A stretch of 64,000 nt of DNA from an uncultured Thermoleophilia bacterium. Lineage in GTDB: Bacteria; Actinomycetota; Thermoleophilia; Gaiellales; Gaiellaceae. The position numbers and the translations under genes are program-made. The notes beneath the pieces are model-generated. The model was not told the DNA's origin. It worked only from the letters and a program-made list of their open reading frames with translations, and ran no database searches. Where the stretch lies: assembly GCA_963696755.1 (NCBI GenBank), contig CAVOLH010000003.1, forward strand, positions 275,319 through 339,318, written 5' to 3'. Shown here piece after piece: positions 1-12,224 of the stretch (the stretch's first letter is position 1; each line of letters starts with the position of its first letter).

Positions 1-3000
1 AGCGCAGCTCCGACGCCGGTCAACGTGATGATCAAGTACGACTACGACGCGACCGCGTCGTACACGGGCGGCGTCGCCGGCCTCGCGGCGACGAGCCCGC
101 GCGTCACCGGCAAGACGCTCAAGGAGAACGCGGCCGCCGTCACGGCGTACGACGCGTACACGCGCGAAGCGTGCCGAACGACGATCACGCCGCGGTCGCA
201 GAAGGCCGTGCCGAGCGCGCGACGATCGGCGCCGACGTTCAGACCGTCTACGGCGGCGTCGCGGCCAGGGTCCCGGCGAACCAGATCGCCGCGCTGCTCA
301 AGGTCCCCGGCGTCGCCGCGGTGCAGAAGGACACGCTGAAGCAGCCGCTCGACGACAACACGTCGTTCATCGGCGCGACGACCGTCTGGCCGTCGCTCGG
401 CGGCTCGGCGAACGCCGGCTCGAACGTCATCGTCGGCGTCATCGACACCGGCGTCTGGCCGGAGCATCCGATGCTCGCGCCCGGGCTCGCTCGGCGCACC
501 GGCCGGCGGCCTCAAGGGCTGCCAGTTCGGCGACGGCACCGACGTCGCCCATCTCGGCCCGACGTTCGCCTGCAACAACAAGCTGATCGGCGCCTACGCG
601 TTCACCGCAGACCTACATGGCGAACGTCGGCTCCGACGGCCAGGAGTTCTGCAACAACACGACCGGGCATGTGCTCGGCGCGCGACTCCGAGGGTCACGG
701 CACGCACACGACGACGACGGCCGCCGGCGACTGCGTCGCCTCGGCGGTGCTCTACGGCGTCGAGCGCGGCCCGGTCTGCGGCATCGCACCCGGCGCGCAC
801 GTGATCATGTACCGCGTCTGCCTCGTCGCAGGGCTGCTTCAGCTCCGACTCGGTCGCCGCCGTGCAGCAGGCGATCACGCGACGGCGTCAACGTGATCAA
901 CTTCTCGATCTCGGGCGGCGCGAAGCCGTACACCGATCCGGTCGAGCTCGCGTTCCTCGACGCGATCGAACGCCGGGATCTCGGTCAACGCCTCGGCCGG
1001 CAACAGCGGCCCGGGCGCCGGCGACCGTCCGATCACGGCGGCCCGTGGGTGACGACGGTCGGCGCCTCGACGGGCCCGCGCTCGTTCACCTCGACGCTGC
1101 ACCTGACCGCCGACGGCGGCGCGACGCTCGACGTGCCGGGCGTCACGCTGACCAACGGCATCTCGTCGCCGACGCCGGTCGTCCTGGCGGCGACGCTCAG
1201 TCGGCGGCGGTCGAGGACGCGCTCTGCCAGTCGACGCTCGCCGCCGGGCGCGGCGACCGGCAAGATCGTCGTCTGCAAGCGCGGCATCAACGGCCGCATC
1301 GACAAGGGCCGCAGGGTCCTCGCCGGCGGCGCCGCCGGGATGATCCTCTACAACAACTCGGCAGCGGTGACCGACCTCGAGTCGGACAACCACTACCTGC
1401 CGGCGATCCAGACGCAGTCCGACGCGACGCTCGCTCGCGAACTTCGTCAGCGGCCACACGAACGTCATGGCGACGTGGGCGCAGGGCACCGCGTCGCCGG
1501 CGCAGGCCGACGTGATGGCGTCGTTCTCGTCGCGCGGCCCGACCGGCGACTGGATCAAGCCGGACGTGACGGCTCCGGGCGTCCAGGTGCTCGCCGGCAC
1601 GACGCCGCAGCCGGACCAGACGACGGCCGACAACGGCCCGCCCGGCAACCTGTTCACGGCGATCGCCGGCACGTCGATGTCGAGCCCGCACTCGGCGGGC
1701 GTCTCGGCGCTCGTCAAGGCGGCGCATCCGACGTGGACGCCGGCGGAGATCAAGTCGGCGCTCATGACCTCGTCGGTGCAGACGGTCGTCAAGGAGGACG
1801 GCGTCACGCCGGCCGACGCCGTTCGACAGGGCGCCGGCTCGATCCGCGCCGACCGCGCGGTCAACCCGACGCTCGTCTTCGACGAGACGTACGCGGACTT
1901 CGTCGCCGCGGGCACCGACCCGCTGCATCGGATCGACCTCAACATCGCCGAGCATCGACGCGACGACGATGACCGGGCTGATCACGACCAAGCGGACGGC
2001 GATCAACGTCTCCGGCAAGGACCAGGACGCTCGACGTCTCGGTCGCCGCGCCGGCCGGCGTGCACGATCATCGTGTCGGACAAGGCGCCGGGCCAAGGAC
2101 CGCGCGACGCCGACGACAAGATCCACCTGAGGTGGCACGGCTCGACCGACTCTCGATCACGATCAGCGCTCCGGACGTCGCCGAACGGCCAGTACTTCGG
2201 GCCGGATCACGCTCGATCCCGCGCAACGGCGGCAACCCGGTCACGATCCCGGTCGCGTTCGTCAAGAAGCAGGGCACCGTCACGCTGACGAACACCTGCG
2301 CGCCGTCGAGCTTCGCGGCGAAGACCGGCGTCGCGCACTGCACGGCGACGCGTCGCGAACCTCGGCAGCGTCGTCGGCGAACGTCGAGCCTGACGGTCGA
2401 CGAACCGCGAGCAGGGCAAGGGCCTCGACTACACGAACGTCGCGCGCGCCCGGCTCGCGTCATCGGCGACGGCGACGGCGTCCAGTGGAGCGGCACGCTG
2501 ACCCCGGCGGTCGCCGCCGCAGGTGACGTCGATCACCGCCGACGGCACCGGGCCCGGCCGGCGGCTACCTGCCGCTGTCGCTCTTCGGCGTCGCGCCGAT
2601 CGCGGGCGTCGGTGACGACACGATCACGAACTTCAACGTGCCGACGTTCTACTACGGCGGCGAGCCGTACACGCAGCATCGGCGTCGTCTCGAACGGCTA
2701 CGTCGTGATCGGCGGCGGCGACAGCGAGCGACATCGATCTTCACGCCGCAGCACTTCCCGAACGCGGCGCGGCCGAACAACGTGATCGCGCCGTTCTGGA
2801 CCGACCTCAACCCGCCGGCGACGGGCGGCGGCGCGATCCGGATCGGCGACGCTGACCGACGGCGACGCAGCACGCTGGATCGTCGTCGACTGGGCAGCGG
2901 TGAAGAACTTCGGCAACGCGACGACGCACATCGTTCGAGGTCTGGCTCCGGTCCCGGCGGCGGCCGGACCGGGCCGGCGAGCGAGCAGGTCACGATCTCG

Positions 3001-3290
3001 TACGGCCGACCGCCGACGGCGCCGGCTCGGCGATCCCGGGCTCCGGCACGTCGAACTGGGGCGCCGAGAACCGCGACGGCTCGAGCGGCGCGAACATCGC
3101 GGCCGCACCGGCGAACGGCACGCGAGTACTCGGTCCACACGCGCCGCCGACCGCCGGGCGGCTCGTGACGATCCCGTTCGACATCATCGACGCAAGAAGG
3201 CGGGCACGTACAACACCGTCGCGCGGCATGACGTCCGAACGTCACGCCGGGCACGACCCAGGTGGTCCAGACGCTCACCGTCACCCGTAG
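1..3290 (+). CDS. S8 subtilisin-family serine protease with I9 propeptide, PA domain and C-terminal extension (5' partial, multiple frameshifts)
   Basis: Catalytic motifs across frames: VIDTGVWPEHP, GHGTHT, GTSMSSPHSAG; KPDVTAPG; PA-like GKIVVCKRG. Probable stop TAG at 3288-3290, followed by a hairpin. Confidence 0.9.
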
Positions 3291-3310
3291 CGGCACGCAC
3301 TCGAGCACGA

Positions 3311-3342
3311 GACGAGGGGCCGCCTCCGGGCGGCCCCTCGTC
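3311..3342 (+). terminator. Intrinsic terminator-like hairpin after the protease
   Basis: GACGAGGGGCCGCC-TCCG-GGCGGCCCCTCGTC, perfect 14-bp stem. Confidence 0.8.
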
Positions 3343-3426
3343 GTTCCAAGGCGAGAAGCGCAGTGCTGTGTATGGGGGACGCAAAATGGTTCGTTGTCGC
3401 CGCCAACCGGAGCTACAGTCGGCGGT

Positions 3427-3802
3427 ATGCGCGTCACGGCAACCCTCATGGTCGGCGCTATCCTGGCGCTCGTCACGGCCGCCACGGGAGCGTCGACGGT
3501 GGCGAAGAGCGGCATCCGGGGCGCGGTAGTGAAATCGCCCACATCGCCGGTCTGTCGCGAGGGAGCCTCGTGCAGCGCACCAGCTGCAGGAATCGTCGTC
3601 ATCGCGCTGCGGAACGGCGCGAGGGTCGCGAGGACCACGACCTCCGACGCGGGCACCTACCGGTTCGTCCTTGCGGCCGGGTACGTACGTCGTGCGCGGC
3701 CAGCGCACTTCGATGTTCGGCAGCCTGCAACCACGCACCGTGCGCGTGAGGGCCGGCTCGTTCACGATCGCGAACTTCGAGATCGACACGGGTGTCCGCT
3801 GA
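3427..3802 (+). CDS. Small secreted protein, carboxypeptidase-regulatory/prealbumin-like beta domain (frameshifted)
   Basis: Signal-peptide-like MRVTATLMVGAILALV; GIRGAV..PVCREGASCSAP..TTSDAGTYRFVL; ends NFEIDTGVR* in another frame; TACAGT 7 nt before ATG. Confidence 0.65.
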
Positions 3803-3882
3803 CACGTCCACTCCCCGCGACCCCGGGGGTCGTCCTGTCCCACCGACGGTTTCGTCCTGAAGTCGAAGGGTAGGACGAGACT

Positions 3883-4251
3883 ATGAGACGTCTAATTGTG
3901 CTTCTCGTGCTGGGATTGTTCGCGCTGAATGCCTCGTCGATAGTCGCCGGAGTAAGTGCCCAGGGAGTCGTGAACGGCCGCGTAATGCGTGACGCGAAAT
4001 CAATCCAATGCATTGCTGCGCCCTGTCTCGAGCCTGCGCCGGGGCTGACAATCACGTTCACGCGCGCAGGGACACGTCGTGTGGTCAAGACGAACGCAGA
4101 GGGTCGCTACAGCATCAAGCTGGGGCCGGGTGTCTACCGCGTCAGCGGGAAGGGACTCGCTCGGCAGGGCCTTGACGCATTTCGCGTTCGTGCCGGGCAG
4201 CACCGCATCCTCAATCTGCGCGTCGTGACGCCCCCCGAGCAACCGACCTAG
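3883..4251 (+). CDS. Small secreted protein, similar to the upstream gene
   Basis: Intact 122-aa ORF; signal peptide; VNGRV..QCIAAPCLEP..TNAEGRYSIKLGPGVYRV. Confidence 0.7.
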   Translation: MRRLIVLLVLGLFALNASSIVAGVSAQGVVNGRVMRDAKSIQCIAAPCLEPAPGLTITFTRAGTRRVVKTNAEGRYSIKLGPGVYRVSGKGLARQGLDAFRVRAGQHRILNLRVVTPPEQPT

Positions 4252-5170
4252 TACGCGACGACGCCGACGCCCGTGTCGGCGGCGTGCTTCTGCTCGTCGG
4301 CGCGATAGCTCGAGCGGACGAGCGGCCCGGCGAACACCGAGCCGAATCCGAGCGCCTCGCCCTGCTCGCGGAGCCAGCGGAACTCGTCGGGGTGGACCCA
4401 GCGGTCGATGGCGACGTGCTTGGCCGACGGCTGCAGGTACTGGCCGATCGTGACGACGTCGACGCCGTGCGCGCGGAGCTCGCGCATCGTGTCGACGATC
4501 TCCTCGTTCGACTCGCCGAGGCCGGCGATGATGCCCGTCTTCGTCAGCACCGGATAGTCGGCGACCTCCTTGGCCCGGCGAAGCAGGTGGAGGGCGCCGT
4601 CGTAGCTCGCCTTCGCACCGCGCATGCTCCGGTGGAGGCGGCGGACCGTCTCGATGTTGTGGCTGAACACCTCGGGGCGCGCTCCGAGCACCGTCTGCGA
4701 GCGCCTGCTCCTCGACACCGAGGAAGTCGGGCGTCAGGAGCTCGACGGAGCACGTCGGGCAGCTTCGCCTTCAGGGCCCGGGTCACGGCCGCGAAGTGGC
4801 CGGCGCCACGGTCTGCGACGTCGTCGCGGTCGACGGAGGTGACGACGACGTGCTTCAGGCCCATCTGCGCCGCAGCCTGGGCCAGGCGGAGCGGCTCGAG
4901 CGGGTCGGGCGCGTGCTCCGGCTTGCCCGAGTTGACGTAGCAATAGCGGCAGGCGCGGGTGCACGTGTCACCGAGGATCTGGAACGTCGCGGTGCCCTTG
5001 CCCCAGCACTCGGCGATGTTCGGGCAACGCGCCTCCTCGCACACCGTGTTGAGGCTCGCGCCGTGGATCAGCTTCTTGACGTCGAAGTAGCGGCCGTCGG
5101 CGCTCGGTGCGCGCACCTTCATCCACTCGGGGCGGCGCGGGCGATCGGCGACGGGAAGCGAGGTCTCCAC
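4248..5170 (-). CDS. lipA: Lipoyl synthase (frameshifted near 4700-4760)
   Basis: CEEARCPNIAEC and CTRACRYC clusters, HNIETV, GQYLQP, GPLVRSSY. Confidence 0.95.
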
Positions 5171-5253
5171 GCCGGTCAAGTCTACGTTCGCCGGGCGGTG
5201 TGACCGCGCATCGCCGCGTTGCCAGGCGGGGGCGGGTCGCTACGTTGCACGTC

Positions 5254-7283
5254 GTGCGCCGCCTCTCAGGGTCCTGCTCGTGGTCGTCGTCGCCCTCGCG
5301 GCGGCACCTGCCGCATTGGCGCACGCGAAGCTCGATCGCCGTCGAGCCGGCGAACGGCGCCACCCTCGCAACCGCTCCGGCGTCGGTGAGGCTGTTCTTC
5401 GACGATCCCGTCGCCGTCGGCCCCGGCAACGCCGTCGTCTCGGCCGATCATCGCTCGGTGCTGGCCGGCTCACCGCGCCTCGAGCGGAACGACCACCTGC
5501 TCGTGCTGCCGCTGCAGCCGCACCTGCCGAACGGCGACTACAGCGTCAGCTGGCGCGTGTTCTCGGACGACGGCCACCTCGAGTCGGGTGTGCTCGCCTT
5601 CCGCGTCGGTGCGGCCCCGGCGGGAGCGGGGGCGCCGCGTCCGGTGCTCGCAGCCGCGTCCACCGAGCCCGACTTCCTCGAGGTTCTCGCGCGCTGGCTC
5701 CTGCTCGGCGGCATCCTGATCGCGAGGCGGGACGGCCCTCTTCTTCCTGCTCGTCTCGCGGGCCGCGGTACGCCGAACGGCGACGACGATGGCGGCCGCG
5801 CTGCTCGCCGCCGCTCTCGGCGGCGCCTGGCTCGTCCACGCAGCAGACGGCGCTGCGACGCGCTTCGAGCAGGTCACGAAGGTCACGGTGATCGTCGCGC
5901 TCGTCGGCGTCGTACTCGCAGCGCTCGCACGCGCCAGGCCGAGGCTGATCGCGCCCGCCCTCGTCGCTCCCGCTGGCGCTGCTGCTCGCGCCGACCCTCG
6001 CGGGCCACGCGTATCGGGCGTGGGACGGGCGGCCGATCTCGATCGCGGCGGACCTCGTCCACGTGGTCGCCGCCGCGTTCTGGACCGGCGGCATCCTCCA
6101 GCTCGTGCTGCTGCTTGCGAGGCGGGCAGGACGAGCGGGCAGTGAGGCGGTTCTCCCTCTATCGCGCTGCCGGCGGTGGTGCTGATCGCCGGCTCGGGCC
6201 TCGCCCGCGCGCTCGTCGAGCTGACTGCGGTCTCGCAGCTCTGGTCGACCGCCTACGGGCGGGCGATCTTCGCCAAGACGGTGCTCTTCGCGGTGCTCAT
6301 CGTGCTGGGCTGGATGAGCCGCCGGGCGCTCGGCGATCCCGCGCGCCTCTGGCGCACCGTCCGGGTCGAGCTCCTCCTGCTCGCGCTCGTCGTCCTGGCC
6401 GTCGCCGTGCTGACGTCCCTGCGCCCGGGTCGCGACGTCGACGCCGCTCCGGCGACGATCGTCCGCGAGGTCGGCGCCGCTCCGGCGCCGGCGCGCGGAA
6501 CAGTCGTCTTCGCCCGCCAGGCGCAGGAGCTCGCGGTCGGGCTCGTCGGTGCGCCCGGGCACGCCGCTCAGGCTGACCGCGACCGTGATCGGCCAGACCG
6601 GCTTCGGCGTCGACGGCCTCGACGTGCGGCTCTCGGCCCGGTCGGCTGCCGGCAGCCGGGTCGGTCGCTGCGGAGCCGTGCGGGCACGGGTGCTACGCGG
6701 CCTCGATCACGCTGGCGCATCCGAGCGCGCTTCGGTGTCGTCCTCCGCGGTCAAGGCCTCCCCCGCTCGCTCGCCTTCCCGGTGCGACAGTGGCCGCCGC
6801 CCCTCGGCACGGCCTTCCTGCACCGCGCCACGCGGAACTTCAGCGAGCTCCAGTCGGTCGTCTACCGCGAGCATCTCGCCTCCGACCCGACCCATGCGAT
6901 CACGACGCTCTGGACGCTGGCGGCGCCCGGAAGCGTCGAGTACGCGATCGCCGGCGGCCCGCAGGGAATCGTGATCGGCCGGCGGCGCTGGGATCGCCCC
7001 TCGCGGACGGCCCCGTGGACGCTGTCGGTCTCGGAGCAGCTCACCCAGCCGGCGCCGCCGTGGGGGACGCGATCGCGCGACGTGCGCGTGATGGGCGAGA
7101 GCGCCTCGAACGTGACGCTCTCGTGGGTCGATCCGGTGATCCCGGCGTGGTACACGACGACCTTCACGCGCGCGCACGGCGCTGCCCCTGACGACGCGGA
7201 TGACCGCGCCGGCGCACTTCATGGAGCACCGCTACCTCTCGTTCAACGCGCCGGTCACGATCACGCCCCCGCCGCGGCGCTGA
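5254..7283 (+). CDS. Copper resistance CopC/CopD fusion with C-terminal extracytoplasmic domains (frameshifted)
   Basis: Signal peptide then AHAKL; YSVSWRVFSDDGH (CopC); CopD-like HVVAAAFWTGG and STAYGRAIFAK. Confidence 0.85.
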
Positions 7284-7303
7284 CGCGCGATCGAATATCC
7301 GAC

Positions 7304-7341
7304 TTGCATTGAAGGGTTTCTTTCGAAATACTTCTTTCAAT
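7304..7341 (+). promoter_or_regulatory. Leaderless promoter overlapped by a palindromic operator
   Basis: TTGCAT-17-AATACT, 7 nt before ATG 7340; AT-rich dyad ATTGAA...TTTCGAAA...TTCAAT. Confidence 0.65.
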
Positions 7342-7919
7342 GGCTGCCGGAGACGTCGTCATCCGCGATCCCCGCGCACTGCGTGCGCTCGCCCACCCGG
7401 TGCGGCTCGAGATCCTCGAGCGGCTCGGCCTCGACGGCCCGGCGACCGCGACCGAGATCGGAGCGGCGGTCGGCATCAGCCCGTCGGCTGCGTCGTACCA
7501 CCTCCGCGCGCTCGCGCGGTTCGGCCTCGTCGTCGACGCGGGTGGCGGCGACGGGCCGCAACCGGCCGTGGCAGGCGGCCGGAACCGGCTTCATGTTCGA
7601 GCCGGCCGAGCACGTCGGGCCGGGCGCGGAGGCGGCGGTGCAGCTGCTGTCGGCGCAGCTCATCGCCCGCGGTGAGCAGGAGACGCTCGCCTTCATCGCC
7701 GGCGAGTCGTCGCTCGATGCCGACTGGCGCGCCGCGAGTCACATCGCCAACGCGACGCTGAACCTGACGGCCGACGAGGCGGTCGAGGTCGTCAAGCAGA
7801 TCGACGCCGTCCTCGCGCCGTACCTGCGGAGCACGCGCACCGACGCCCCGGAGGACGCCGTGCCCGCACGGCTGCTGCTCCGCCTCTTCCCCCGCGAGCT
7901 GCCGGAGCGAGAGCGATGA
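7340..7919 (+). CDS. ArsR-like winged-HTH transcriptional regulator (frameshift ~7557)
   Basis: LRALAHPVRLEIL..ATATEI..SPSAASYHLRALARFGLV. Confidence 0.85.
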
Positions 7920-9138
7920 AGCAGCGAACCCCTCTCTTCGGCCTCCTCGCCGCGAATACGATCTCGATCACGGGCAACCGCCTGACGCAGCTCGCGATCC
8001 CCTGGTTCGTGCTCCAGTCGACGGGCAGCGTTGCCCAGACGGGCCTCGTCGGCTTCTTCTCGCTGCTGCCGTTCGTGATCTCGTCCGCGCTCGGCGGCGT
8101 CATCGTCGACCGGCTCGGGTACCGGCGGGCGAGCATCGTCTCCGACCTCGCGAGCGGCGTCGCCGTGCTCGGCGTGCCGATCCTCTACAACACGGTCGGG
8201 CTGCCGCTTGCCGCGCTGCTGGCGCTCGTCTTCGCCGGAGCGCTGCTCGATGCGCCCGGCCAGACGGCACGCGAGGCGATGCTGCCGGAGCTGCTCGAGC
8301 GGGCCGACATGACGCTCGAGCGCGGGACGAGCCTCTTCGACGGTGTCTCACGCGGCGCGAACATGCTCGGCGCTCCGCTCGCGGGCGTGCTGATCGCCGT
8401 CGTCGGGCCCGACGCAGGTGCTCGTGCTCGACGCGGTCGACGTTCGCGGTGTCGGCCCTGCTGATGTTCGTCTTCGTCCCGGCGAGCGCGCCTCGACCCA
8501 CCGAGGCCGACGTCGACGGCTACTTCGCCCAGCTGCGCGAGGGCTACCGGTTCCTGTGGCACACGCCGCTCGTGCGGGCGATCGTGATCATGGTGCTCGT
8601 CACGAACACGCTCGATGCGGGCATGGGTGGCGTCCTGATGCCCGTCTACGCCGACCGCGTGCTCAACAGCGTCGTCGCCCTCGGCCTGATGGCCGGCGCG
8701 ATGGGGCTGACGGCGTTCGCCGGCACGCTCGTCTTCGCGTGGATCGGTCATCGTGCGCCGCGCCTCGCGACCCTCGTGATCGGCTTCACGCTCGGCGGGC
8801 CGATGCGGTTCTTCCTGCTCGCCGCGATGCCGGGGATCGGGCCCGCGGTGATCGGCTTTGCGATCGCAGGGATCGGGATCGGGCCGATCAACCCGATCCT
8901 CGGGACGCTCGGCTACGAGCGCGTCCCGCCCGAGCTGCGCGCCCGGGTCTTCGGCGCGCTCTCGGCCGGGGTGATGGCCGGCGCCCCGATCGGCGCCCTG
9001 CTCGCGGCGGCGTGCGTCGAGCTCGGCGGGCTCCAGGCGACCCTGATCGCCTTCGGCGTCGTCTACCTCGTCTGCACCCTCAGCCCGCTCGTCGTGCCTG
9101 CCTGGCGCGACCTGCGCCGGCGTCCCGTGCCGGCCTAG
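7916..9138 (+). CDS. MFS transporter (macrolide-efflux-like; frameshift ~8415)
   Basis: GVIVDRLGYRR motif A; about 12 hydrophobic segments; ATGA overlap with the regulator. Confidence 0.9.
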
Positions 9139-9849
9139 CTCACAGGCGCGGCGAGTGTCGCTCCGGCGACTGCCGGCGAGAGCTCCTCGAACTCGAGCCC
9201 GAACACCTCTGCGAGGGCGGCAGCCGCGGCGGGCTTCACGTCGTCGACGGCGACCGGCCGCCCGAGCTCGCGGGCCATCGACGTGAACTCGGCGTCGTCG
9301 AGGCCGCAGGCGGTGATCCACTCGGTGAAGGGAGCTGGATCGAGGTCGACGTTGAGCGCGAAGCCGTGCGTCGTCACCCAGCGCGAGACACGCACGCCGA
9401 TCGAGGCGATCTTCCGCGGCCCACGCGGGATCCGGCCGGCGGCATCCAGACGCCTGTCAGGCCCTCGATCGTGGTCGCGGCGAGGTCGAACGCGCCGAGC
9501 GTCTGCAGGATCGCCTGCTCCAGGTCACGGACGTACTTCCGCACGTCCTTGCCGTGGCGGTGGAGGTCGAGGATCGGATAACAGACGAGCTGCCCGGGAG
9601 CGTGGTACGTCGACTTGCCGCCACGATCCGTCTCGGCGAGCTCGACCGCGGCACCGGCGGGGATGTGGAGCTCCGTCGCCTCGTCGGTCCGCCGGCCCGT
9701 CGTGATCACCGGCGGATGCTCCACCAGGATCACGGTGTCGGGGATCTCACCCTCGGCCACGGCGACCGCGAGCGACCGCTGCAGCTCGAGCGCCTCGCGG
9801 TACGGGACGAGCCCGGCGTCGAGCAGGACGCGGCACGGCTCTCGGTCAA
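9135..9849 (-). CDS. lipB: Octanoyltransferase LipB (frameshifted)
   Basis: EHPPVITTGR, DRGGKSTYHAPGQLVCYP, VTTHGFALN, ITACGL. Confidence 0.93.
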
Positions 9850-9854
9850 GCCGC

Positions 9855-11235
9855 TCAGTCCGCCTGCTCCCAGCCCTCGAGCCGCTCGCGGAGGTCGCGG
9901 AGGAAGCCGCCGCTGTAGGCGCCGTCGACGAGCCGGTGGTCGTAGGTGAGGGTGAGGTTCATCAGCGGCCGGATCGCGATCACGTCCTGGCCGAGCTCGT
10001 CCTGCACGACCCAGGGCCGCTTGACGAGCGCATAGGTGCCGAGGATCCCGACCTGCGGCTGGCTGATGATCGGCGTGCCGTGGAAGGTGCCGAAGCCGCC
10101 CGGGTTCGTGATCGTGAAGGTGCCGCCCTGGACGTCGTCGGGGAGCAGCTTCTTCGTGCGGGCGCGGGTCGCGATGTCGGCGATCGCGCGTGCCGTCCCG
10201 AGCAGGTTGAGGTCCTGCGCGTTCTTGATCACCGGCACGATCAGGCCCTTGCCGTCCTCGAGCGCGACGGCGATGCCGAGGTTGACCCACGGGCGCGTCA
10301 CGATCGACTCGCCCCGGATCTCGGCGTTGACCCACGGGTAGTCCCGCAGGGTCTCGACGGTCGCGTGCGCGATGAACGCGAGATAGGTCGGGTTGACGCC
10401 GTAGGAGGCCTGGTACTCCTTCTTCAGCTTCTCGCGGGCCGCCACGATCTTCGACATGTCGACCTCGATGCCGCTCGTCACGTGCGCCGAGGTGTCGAGC
10501 GAGCGGCGCATGTGCTCCATCACGCCACGCCGCATCGCGGTCATCGGCTCCGAGACCTCGCCGGTCTGGAGCGGGGCGGCAGCGGGTGCCGGCGGTGCAG
10601 GCTTCGCGGCCGCCGGCGCGGGAGCTGCCGGCGCGGGCGCAGCGGCGCGGCCGGGGCCGGCGCAGCGGGAGCGGCCGGGGCCGGAGCTGCCGGCTGGGCG
10701 GCGCCGGACTCGATGTAGGCCAGGATGTCCTTCTTCGTCACCCGGCCGCCCGTCCCGGTGCCGGTGACGGCGCTCGGGTCGACGCCCTGCTCGGCCGCGA
10801 TCCGCGCCACGACCGGCGAGACGAAGGTGCGGCCGTTGCCGGACGCAGCCGGCGGCAGCAGCGGCCGGAGCGGGCTCGCTGCGCGGCGACAGGCTCGGGA
10901 GCAGGCGGGGCCGGCGCTTCGGCGGCAGGCTCGGCGGGCGCCTCGGGAGCGGGTGCGGCGGCAGCGGGCTCGGCGACGGCGGAGCCCGCCGGCGCGATCA
11001 CGGCCAGCAGCGTCCCCACGTCGACCGTCTCGCCCTCGGCGACGAGGATCTCGGCGACGACGCCCTCACCCGGGCTCGGAACCTCGGTGTCGACCTTGTC
11101 GGTCGAGATCTCGAGCAGCGGCTCGTCCTGGGCGATCGCCTCGCCGGGCTGCTTCAGCCACTTCGTGATCGTGCCCTCCGAGACGGAGACACCCATCTGC
11201 GGCATCACGACCTCGATCTGCGTTCCCGTTGCCAC
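9855..11235 (-). CDS. Dihydrolipoamide acyltransferase E2 (frameshifted in the linker)
   Basis: Lipoyl domain EISTDKVDTEV; E3-binding GTGTGGRVTKKD; catalytic YDHRLVDG. Confidence 0.93.
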
Positions 11236-11248
11236 GTCGGAGTCCTTT

Positions 11249-12224
11249 CTAATAGGCCGCGAGCTCGCGGAGCCCGGCGACGACATCGTCGACCTGTGGG
11301 ATGAATGCCTTCTCGAGCGGTGGCGAGAACGGCACCGGCGAGTCCGGCGCAGCGATCCGCTTGACCGGCCCGTCGAGATGCTCGAACGCCTCCTCGGCGA
11401 CCGTGGCCGCGATCTCGGCCCCGAAGCCGCCGGTGCGCGTGTCCTCGTGCAGCACGAGCACCTTGGAGGTGCGGCGCGCGCTCTCGAGCACGGCCTCGCG
11501 GTCCCACGGGATCAGCGTGCGGAGGTCGAGCACCTCGACCGAGATGTCGTCCGCGGCGACGATCTCGGCCGCCTCCGCAGCGGTATAGACCATTGCGCCC
11601 CACGTGACGACGACGATGTCGTCGCCGGCGCGGTGGATGCGCGCCTTGCCGAACGGCGTCTCGTAGCGCTCGTCGGGCACCTCGCCCTTGATCCGCCGGT
11701 AGAGGTGCTTGTGCTCGAAGAAGAGCACGGGGTTCGCGTCGGCGATCGCGCTGACGAGCAGGCCCTTGGCGTCCTCGGGGGTCGCCGGGCAGACGACCTT
11801 GAGGCCCGGGATGTGCGCGAAGAGGCTCTCCGGGTTCTGGGAGTGGAACGGCCCGCCCGAGAAGCCGCCGCCCGACGGCAGGCGCAGGACGATCGGGATC
11901 GGCGTCCCGGCGCGGTAGTGCTGCTTCGCGGCCACCGTGACGAGGTGATCCCAGGCGCACGAGACGAAGTCGGCGAACTGCATCTCGGCCGACCGGGCGC
12001 ATGCCCATCAGCGCCGCGCCGGTCGCGCCGGCGACGATCGCCGTCTCGGAGAGCGGCATGTCGAGCACGCGCCACTGGCCGAACTCCTCCTGGAACCCGT
12101 CCGTGACCTTGAACGCGCCGCCGTAGACGCCGACGTCCTCGCCGAGCACGAACACGCGCTGGTCGAGGCGCATCTCCTGCCGGAGCCCGTCGCTGATCGC
12201 CTGGAGGTAGGTCTTCTCGGCCAT
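11249..12224 (-). CDS. 2-oxoacid dehydrogenase E1 beta (frameshift ~11990)
   Basis: GEDVGVYGGAFKVT, QFADF, GPFHSQNPE, FFEHKHLY. Confidence 0.93.

Noticed and set aside
10560-11000. Ala/Pro-rich low-complexity repeats
   Set aside because: They are the normal flexible linkers of E2.
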